From contig NC_043001.1 in the NCBI RefSeq assembly GCF_006345805.1, forward strand, positions 93,124,001 through 93,188,000: a DNA stretch of 64,000 nucleotides. Direction: 5' to 3'. Position numbers and translations under genes: made by a program. The notes below the pieces were generated by a model. The model was not told the DNA's origin, made no database searches, and saw only the letters and a list, made by a program, of their open reading frames with translations. Shown piece by piece: positions 54,761-64,000 of the stretch. The stretch is from Octopus sinensis. Its lineage: Eukaryota. Each line of letters begins with the position of its first letter. Positions within the stretch are counted from its first letter, which is position 1.

Positions 54761-55139
54761 GGTTTTACATAAAACAACGATAATCTGTAACAGCAGCAAA
54801 TAAGGATAAAATATCTCAGGGTATTCTCATCGCCACTAACATTTTACTTCGGTCAACATCCCAATCTTCGTCATCACCATCATAATCCACGCCATTGCAA
54901 AAGCAAACCTCAGCAACTACTGGACGTGGAAGAACTTCCACATAATCGGTAACCTGCTTAAAATAACATCTAAATCACCTTCAAAATCAGACTCAACAGA
55001 CTTTAAAAGAAGGCAGGAAACGTTGAATAGTGTAGTCCTAAAAGCATTAGAACTGGAAACGAAATAATAATAAAAATGGTAAAAAAAAATGGGATGGTTC
55101 TAGCTAGAACGCCTTTGATCATAGTTCTTGTTCAATCAG

Positions 55140-55442
55140 AGTTGACCTTTGCTCAACAGTAGCAACAGCAACGGCAAGCAACAACAACAAAACAACACCA
55201 TTAACAACAATAACGACAGTTACCTTAACGACCAGAAAACAACTACGGTTATCACTAACGCTAACGTCGTCTCTATAATCATTGCTGTCTTCATCGTCAT
55301 TAATTTTAAGGCTACCTACCACCATGCACATCCCACACCACCACTACTACTACTACCACCACCACCACCACCGCCGCCACCACCGCCGCCACCACCACCA
55401 CCACAATCACCACAATTGCCACCACCGCCGATAATAATAATA

Positions 55443-55474
<32 letters not shown>

Positions 55475-55739
55475 AACAATAACGGCAAGAATACAATCAT
55501 AAAATTGAAAATTAGCATCGACTTCAGTCATTAATGTTATCATTAACACAAGCACCGCCACCACCGCTCTATCATCATTATTACCATGACCATCAGCACC
55601 GACACTTCCACCACCACCGCCACTATCATCATCGTCATCATTATCATCATCACAACCACCACCACCACCACCACCAGCACCATCATTATCGTCATCGTCG
55701 TCGTCATCGTCGTCATCGTCATCGTCATCATCATCATCC

Positions 55740-55775
<36 letters not shown>

Positions 55776-55870
55776 GTATCAGCATTAACAACGTTAGCAA
55801 TAACAGCACAGCAGCAGCAGTAGCAGCACTAACGTCGCCGTCTTTGTCGTTATCGTCATGTTTGAAGAAG
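55140..55870. repeat. Cryptic trinucleotide low-complexity region (CAA/CCA/ATG/CAT)
   Basis: Successive triplet tracts produce spurious poly-P/H/T/I ORFs in several frames. Confidence 0.85.
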
Positions 55871-56503
55871 TTGAACACGACTAAAATCCATCCCTCGATA
55901 CAAACAACAAAAATAACGCTATTAATATGTTATTAGGGGTTTGTTCATCTGGAATTTTTTTCCCCATGTTTTCCAACGCTTTTGCGATAATTGCCGCTCA
56001 TCAATTATGCAGTGGTTCATAATGTTGACGCTGTAGGCAGCAGGAACAATGCATAATTGACGATTGTTTCATTAGCTTGTAGTGTTAAATTCAACTCCCA
56101 TGAATGGGATGTCTTGGACGGGTATGGGCTGTAACAGTCTGAGTGCCATTGGCCTTTTGTTGGTGTCCTTATGTTCTTATGATCCAGCGGGTTATTACGA
56201 GACGTGGACATTATGTTACGGACTTGTGTTTGACTTTCAGAAAGGCTACCTTCTAGATTTTTTTAAAAATACTGATTTGTTTTGAGATAAGCACGAAACA
56301 AAGACAAAATTGACTGACATGCATACACACACATAAATGAATACATACATACATACATACATACATACATACATACATACATACATACATACATACATAC
56401 ATACATACATACATACATGCATACATACATACATATATACATGCATGCATGCATACATATATATACACATATACACACATGTATATATGTATATATATAT
56501 ATA

Positions 56504-56871
56504 ACTTTTATTCTTTTACTTGTTTCAGTCATTTGACTGCCGCTATGCTGGAACACCGCATTTAGTCGAACGAATCGACCCCAGGACTAATTCTTTGTAT
56601 ACCAACAACTTATTCTAATGCTCATCATTTCCGAACCGCTAAGTAATGGAGACGTAAACACACCAAACATCGGTTGTCAAGTGATAGCGGGGGAAACACA
56701 CGCACACACACATACACACATACACGACAGGTGTCTACCAAATCCACTCACAAAGCTTTTGTCGGCCCGAGGCTATAGTTGAAGATACTTGCCCAAGGTG
56801 CTACACAGTGGGACAGAACCCGGAAACCATGTGGTGGGAAGTAAGCTTCTTACCACACAGCCACTCCTGTG

Positions 56872-56874
<3 letters not shown>
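56504..56874 (-). mobile_element. SINE family A
   Basis: Full reverse-complement consensus directly upstream of the (TA)n that precedes the array. Confidence 0.85.
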
Positions 56875-56918
<44 letters not shown>

Positions 56919-56922
<4 letters not shown>

Positions 56923-57009
56923 TAAGCAATAAGGGTTCAGCAACGAATTGCCTTACCACATACCGAATTTAGAAATAGCAGTCAAAGGGTTATAGCTATT
57001 TCTTCTACT
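56919..57009 (-). repeat. 91-bp inverted copy of array sequence 57108-57198
   Basis: Exact reverse complement by eye; joined to (TA)n on the left. Confidence 0.92.
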
Positions 57010-60000
57010 TTAAAAGAAACATGTTTGATAGATTGCGGTTAATTCATTCTCTCTTACCTGTTTGTGTCAGCCTTCCAATTGCTGTTTTTACTGAGATCTC
57101 CCTTTTTAGTAGAAGAAATAGCTATAACCCTTTGACTGCTATTTCTAAATTCGGTATGTGGTAAGGCAATTCGTTGCTGAACCCTTATTGCTTAGTATTA
57201 CTTAAATTTTCCTCAATGAGGCTTTTACATGCCGAAGACTACTTGGTGTAATTGATAATTATTCCAAATTAATTATTTCACCCTTCATTATTACGGATAA
57301 CCATATTTTATCTCAGTAGATGACCACAGCATCTGTTTGGCTGCACGCGGGTGGGAAGGGGCTGTTGACACAATCGTTTCATTCACAAATTTGAATTCGG
57401 TGATACTAGTTGAGGATTCTAGCTCGCTCTGATACTGAGTTGAGTGGTACCTCCTAGTATCTCAAAATCATATATAATCATTTATGATTATAGTATTCCA
57501 CGCTGAAGAGAAAAGAAGTTTCGGTAAGATAGAATTATTTAATATAATATTTTAATTCTTATGCTTTCCTAAAACTTGATTTCGAAACGTACGTCCGTGG
57601 ATAACTTTAAAAATGTTGATAGATTGCGGTTAATTCATTCTCTCTTACCTGTTTGTGTCAGCCTTCCAATTGCTGTTTTTACTGAGATCTCCCTTTTTAG
57701 TAGAAGAAATAGCTATAACCCTTTGACTGCTATTTCTAAATTCGGTATGTGGTAAGGCAATTCGTTGCTGAACCCTATTGCTTAGTATTACTTAAATTTT
57801 CCTCAAATGAGGCTTTTACATGCCGAAGACTACTTGGGTAATTGATAATTATTCCAAATTAATTAATTTCACCCTTCATTATTACGGATAACCATATTTT
57901 ATCTCAGTAGATGACCACAGCATCTTGTTTTGGCTGCACGCGGGTGGGAAGGGGCTGTTGACACAATCGTTTCATTCACAAATTTGAATTCGGTGATACT
58001 AGTTGAGGATTCTAGCTCGCTCTGATACTGAGTTGAGTTGGTACCTCCTAGTATCTCAAAATTCAATATATAATCATTTATGATTATAGTATTCCACGCT
58101 GAAGAGAAAAGAAGTTTCGGTAAGATAGAATTATTAATATTTAATATTTTAATTCTTATGCTTTCCTAAAACTTGATTTCGAAACGTACGTCCGTGGATA
58201 ACTTTAAAAATGTTTGATAGATTGCGGTTAATTCATTCTCTCTTACCTGTTTGTGTCAGCCTTCCAATTGCTGTTTTTACTGAGATCTCCCTTTTTAGTA
58301 GAAGAAATAGCTATAACCCTTTGACTGCTATTTCTAAATTCGGTATGTGGTAAGGCAATTCGTTGCTGAACCCTTATTGCTTAGTATTACTTAAATTTTC
58401 CTCAAATGAGGCTTTTACATGCGAAGACTACTTGGTGTAATTGATAATTATTCCAAATTAATTAATTCACCCTTCATTATTACGGATAACCATATTTTAT
58501 CTCAGTAGATGACCACAGCATCTTGTTTTGGCTGCACGCGGTGGGAAGGGGCTGTTGACAATCGTTTCATTCACAAATTTGAATTCGGTGATACTAGTTG
58601 AGGATTCTAGCTCGCTCTGATAGAGTTGAGTTGGTACCTCCTACTAGTATCTCAAAATTCAATATATAATCATTTATGATTATAGTATTCCACGCTGAAG
58701 AGAAAAGAAGTTTCGGTAAGATAGAATTATTTAATATTTAATATTTTAATTCTTATGCTTTCCTAAAACTTGATTCGAAACGTACGTCCGTGGATAACTT
58801 TAAAAATGTTTGATAGATTGCGGTTAATTCATTCTCTCTTACCTGTTTGTGTCAGCCTTCCAATTGCTGTTTTTACTGAGATCTCCCTTTTTAGTAGAAG
58901 AAATAGCTATAACCCTTTGACTGCTATTTCTAAATTCGGTATGTGGTAAGGCAATTCGTTGCTGAACCCTATTGCTTAGTATTACTTAAATTTTCCTCAA
59001 ATGAGGCTTTTACATGCCGAAGACTACTTGGTGTAATTGATAATTATTCCAAATTAATTAATTTCACCCTTCATTATTACGGATAACCATATTTTATCTC
59101 AGTAGATGACCACAGCATCTTGTTTTGGCTGCACGCGGGTGGGAAGGGGCTGTTGACACAATCGTTTCATTCACAAATTGAATTCGGTGATACTAGTTGA
59201 GGATTCTAGCTCGCTCTGATACTGAGTTGAGTTGGTACCTCCTAGTATCTCAAAATTCAATATATAATCATTTATGATTATAGTATTCCACGCTGAAGAG
59301 AAAAGAAGTTTCGGAAGATAGAATTATTTAATATTTAATATTTTAATTCTTATGCTTTCCTAAAACTTGATTTCGAAACGTACGTCCGTGGATAACTTTA
59401 AAAATGTTTGATAGATTGCGGTTAATTCATTCTCTCTTACCTGTTTGTGTCAGCCTTCCAATTGCTGTTTTTACTGAGATCTCCCTTTTTAGTAGAAGAA
59501 ATAGCTATAACCCTTTGACTGCTATTTCTAAATTCGGTATGTGGTAAGGCAATTCGTTGCTGAACCTTATTGCTTAGTATTACTTAAATTTTCCTCAAAT
59601 GAGGCTTTTACATGCCGAAGACTACTTGGTGTAATGATAATTATTCCAAATTAAATAATTTCACCCTTCATTATTACGGATAACCATATTTTATCTCAGT
59701 AGATGACCACAGCATCTTTTTTGGCTGCACGCGGGGGGGAAGGGGCTGTTGACACAATCGTTTCATTCACAAATTGAATTCGGTGATACTAGTTGAGGAT
59801 TCTAGCTCGCTCTGATACTGAGTTGAGTTGGTACCTCCTAGTATCTCAAAATTCAATATATAATCATTTATGATTATAGTATTCCACGCTGAAGAGAAAA
59901 GAAGAGTTCGGTAAGATAGAATTATTTAATATTTAATATTTTAATTCTTATGCTTTCCTAAAACTTGATTTCGAAACGTACGTCCGTGGATAACTTTAAA

Positions 60001-63000
60001 AATGTTTGATAGATTGCGGTTAATTCATTCTCTCTTACCTGTTTGTGTCAGCCTTCCAATTGCTGTTTTTACTGAGATCTCCCTTTTTAGTAGAAGAAAT
60101 AGCTATAACCCTTTGACTGCTATTTCTAAATTCGGTATGTGGTAAGGCAATTCGTTGCTGAACCCTTATTGCTTAGTATTACTTAAATTTTCCTCAAATG
60201 AGGCTTTAAATGCCGAAGACTACTTGGTGTAATTGATAATTATTCCAAATTAATTAATTTCACCCTTCATTATTACGGATAACCATATTTTATCTCAGTA
60301 GATGACCACAGCATCTTGTTTTGGCTGCACGCGGGTGGAAGGGGCTGTTGACACAATCGTTTCATTCACAAATTTGATTCGGTGATACTAGTTGAGGATT
60401 CTAGCTCGCTCTGATACTGAGTTGAGTTGGTACCTCCTAGTATCTCAAAATTCAATATATAATCATTTATGATTATAGTATTCCACGCTGAAGAGAAAAG
60501 AAGTTTCGGTAAGATAGAATTATTTAATATTTAATATTTTAATTCTTATGCTTTCCTAAAACTTGATTTCGAAACGTACGTCCGTGGATAACTTTAAAAA
60601 TGTTTGATAGATTGCGGTTATTCATTCTCTCTTACCTGTTTGTGTCAGCCTTCCAATTGCTGTTTTTACTGAGATCTCCCTTTTTAGTAGAAGAAATAGC
60701 TATAACCCTTTGACTGCTATTTCTAAATTCGGTATGTGGTAAGGCAATTCGTTGCTGAACCCTTATTGCTTAGTATTACTTAAATTTTCCTCAAATGAGG
60801 CTTTTACATGCCGAAGACTACTTGGTGTAATTGATAATTATTCCAAATTAATTAATTTCACCCTTCATATTACGGATAACCATATTTTATCTCAGTAGAT
60901 GACCACAGCATCTTGTTTTGGCTGCACGCGGGTGGGAAGGGGCGTTTGACACAATCGTTTCATTCACAAATTTGAATTCGGTGATACTAGTTGAGGATTC
61001 TAGCTCGCTCTGATACTGAGTTGAGTTGGTACCTCCTAGTATCTCAAAATTCAATATATAATCATTTATGATTATAGTATTCCACGCTGAAGAGAAAAGA
61101 AGTTTCGGTAAGATAGAATTATTTAATATTTAATATTTTAATTCTTATGCTTTCCTAAAACTTGATTTCGAAACGTACGTCCGTGGATAACTTAAAAATG
61201 TTTGATAGATTGCGGTTAATTCATTCTCTCTTACCTGTTTGTGTCAGCCTTCCAATTGCTGTTTTTACTGAGATCTCCCTTTTTAGTAGAAGAAATAGCT
61301 ATAACCCTTTGACTGCTATTTCTAAATTCGGTATGTGGTAAGGCAATTCGTTGCTGAACCCTGATTGCTTAGTATTACTTAAATTTTCCTCAAATGAGGC
61401 TTTTACATGCCGAAGACTACTTGGTGTAATTGATAATTATTCCAAATTAATTAATTCACCCTTCATTATTACGGATAACCATATTTTATCTCAGTAGATG
61501 ACCACAGCATCTTGTTTTGGCTGCACGCGGGTGGGAAGGGGCTGTTGACACAATCGTTTCATTCACACATTTGAATTCGGTGATACAGTTGAGGATTCTA
61601 GCTCGCTCTGATACTGAGTTGAGTTGGTACCTCCTATAGATCTCAAAATTCAATATATAATCATTTATGATTATAGTATTCCACGCTGAAGAGAAAGATG
61701 TTCGGTAAGATAGAATTATTTAATATTTAATATTTTAATTCTTATGCTTTCCTAAAACTTGATTTCGAAACGTACGTCCGTGGATAACTTTAAAAATGTT
61801 TGATAGATTGCGGTTAATTCATTCTCTCTTACCTGTTTGTGTCAGCCTTCCAATTGCTGTTTTTACTGAGATCTCCCTTTTTAGTAGAAGAAATAGCTAT
61901 AACCCTTTGACTGCTATTTCTAATTCGGTATGTGGTAAGGCAATTCGTTGCTGAACCCTTATTGCTTAGTATTACTTAAATTTTCCTCAAATGAGGCTTT
62001 TACATGCCGAAGACTACTTGGTGTAATTGATAATTATTCCAAATTAATTAATTTCACCCTTCATTATTACGGATAACCATATTTTATCTCAGTAGATGAC
62101 CACAGCATCTTGTTTTGGCTGCACGCGGGTGGGAAGGGGCTGTTGACACAATCGTTTCATTCACAAATTTGAATTCGGTGATACTAGTTGAGGATTCTAG
62201 CTCGCTCTGATACTGAGTTGAGTTGGTACCTCCTAGTATCTCAAAATTCAATATATAATCATTTATGATTATAGTATTCCACGCTGAAGAGAAAAGAAGT
62301 TTCGGTAAGATAGAATTATTTAATATTTAATATTTTAATTCTTATGCTTTCCTAAAACTTGATTTCGAAACGTACGTCCGTGGATAACTTTAAAATGTTT
62401 GATAGATTGCGGTTAATTCATTCTCTCTACCTGTTTGTGTCAGCCTTCCAATTGCTGTTTTTACTGAGATCTCCCTTTTTAGTAGAAGAAATAGCTATAA
62501 CCCTTTGACTGCTATTTCTAAAATCGGTATGTGGTAAGGCAATTCGTTGCTGAACCCTTATTGCTTAGTATTACTTAAATTTTCCTCAAATGAGGCTTTT
62601 ACATGCCGAAGACTACTTGGTGGTAATTGATAATTATTCCAAATTAATTAATTTCACCCTTCATTATTACGGATAACCATATTTTATCTCAGTAGATGAC
62701 CACAGCATCTTGTTTTGGCTGCACGCGGGTGGGAAGGGGCTGGTTGGCACAATCGTTTCATTCACAAATTTGAATTCGGTGATACTAGTTGAGGATTCTA
62801 GCTCGCTCTGATACTGAGTTGAGTTGGTACCTCCTAGTATCTCAAAATTCAATATATAATCATTTATGATTATAGTATCCACGCTGAAGAGAAAAGAAGT
62901 TTCGGTAAGATAGAATTATTTAATATTTAATATTTTAATTCTTATGCTTTCCTAAAACTTGATTTCGAAACGTACGTCCGTGGATAACTTTAAAAATGTT

Positions 63001-64000
63001 TGATAGATTGCGGTTAATTCATTCTCTTTACCTGTTTGTGTCAGCCTTCCAATTGCTGTTTTTACTGAGATCTCCCTTTTTAGTAGAAGAAAAATAGCTA
63101 TAACCCTTGACTGCTATTTCTAAATTCGGTATGTGGTAAGGCATTCGTTGCTGAACCCTTATTGCTTAGTATTACTTAAATTTTCCTCAAATGAGGCTTT
63201 TACATGCCGAAGACTACTTGGTGTAATTGATAATTATTCCAAATTAATTAATTTCACCCTTCATTATTACGGATAACCATATTTTATCTCAGTAGATGAC
63301 CACAGCATCTTGTTTTGGCTGCACGCGGGTGGGAAGGGGCTGTTGACACAATCGTTTCATTCACAAATTTGAATTCGGTGATACTAGTTGAGGATTCTAG
63401 CTCGCTCTGATACTGAGTTGAGTTGGTACCTCCTAGTATCTCAAAATTCAATATATAATCATTATTGATTATAGTATTCCACGCTGAAGAGAAAAGAAGT
63501 TTCGGTAAGATAGAATTATTTAATATTTAATATTTTAATTCTTATGCTTTCCTAAAACTTGATTTCGAAACGTACGTCCGTGGATAACTTTAAAAATGTT
63601 TGATAGATTGCGGTTAATTCATTCTCTCTTACCTGTTTGTGTCAGCCTTCCAATTGCTGTTTTTACTGAGATCTCCCTTTAGTAGTAGAAGAAATAGCTA
63701 TACCCTTTGACTGCTATTTCTAAATTCGGTATGTGGTAAGGCAATTCGTTGCTGAACCCTTATTGCTTAGTATTACTTAAATTTTCCTCAAATGAGGCTT
63801 TTACATGCCGAAGACTACTTGGTGTAATTGATAATTATTCCAAATTAATTAATTTCACCCTTCATTATTACGGATAACCATATTTTATCTCAGTAGATGA
63901 CCACAGCATCTGTTTTGGCTGCACGCGGGTGGGAAGGGGCTGTTGACACAATCGTTCATTCACAAATTTGAATTCGGTGATACTAGTTGAGGATTCTAGC
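57007..64000 (+). repeat. Tandem array of ~598-bp HHR-containing units (retrozyme-like satellite)
   Basis: About 11.7 near-identical units with periods of 596-600 bp; runs off the window end. Confidence 0.97.
57494..57603 (+). ncRNA. Type I hammerhead ribozyme, first of 11 copies in the array
   Basis: CCACG-CTGAAGA-G[long stem II]C-GAAA-CGTACG-T-C^CGTGG. Predicted cleavage after 57595, 58192, 58788, 59386, 59984, 60582, 61181, 61778, 62378, 62978 and 63578. Confidence 0.9.

Noticed and set aside
55149-55936. ORFs with apparent TM helix, poly-Pro and poly-His
   Set aside because: Cryptic triplet repeats are open in many frames on both strands; no evidence of coding.
62667-62882. 71-aa minus-strand ORF in the array
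   Set aside because: Listed for only one unit, where small indels open the frame; not conserved across units.
57007-64000. Array as CRISPR, 5S/tRNA/snRNA cluster or histone repeat
   Set aside because: Units are identical over their full length (no unique spacers), the DNA is eukaryotic, and no such RNA gene or ORF is recognisable.

Overview
AT-rich, microsatellite-saturated eukaryotic DNA. The SINE types and (TA)n/(CA)n/(ATAC)n/(TCTA)n tracts point to an octopus-like cephalopod (inference). No host protein-coding gene can be supported: nearly all listed ORFs are microsatellite or SINE translations. The window holds several tRNA-derived SINE families, three non-autonomous Helitrons, Tx1/L1-like and RTE-like LINE fragments, a Tigger/pogo-like MITE and a 179-bp foldback. 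The main finding is a hammerhead-ribozyme (HHR) system. From about 57.0 kb to the window end is a tandem array of ~598-bp units (11 complete HHRs plus a partial 12th unit). Each unit carries a type I hammerhead (CUGAAGA...GAAA, GUC cleavage triplet, palindromic stem III, ~74-nt stem II), which is the architecture of a non-LTR retrozyme able to yield ~600-nt monomer or circular RNAs. The array starts with a 91-bp inverted segment joined to (TA)n, as in Penelope-like insertions. Three more dispersed HHR-bearing fragments lie at 32.2, 39.1 and 49.5 kb, each ending in (TA)n. Structures were folded by eye and activity is untested.
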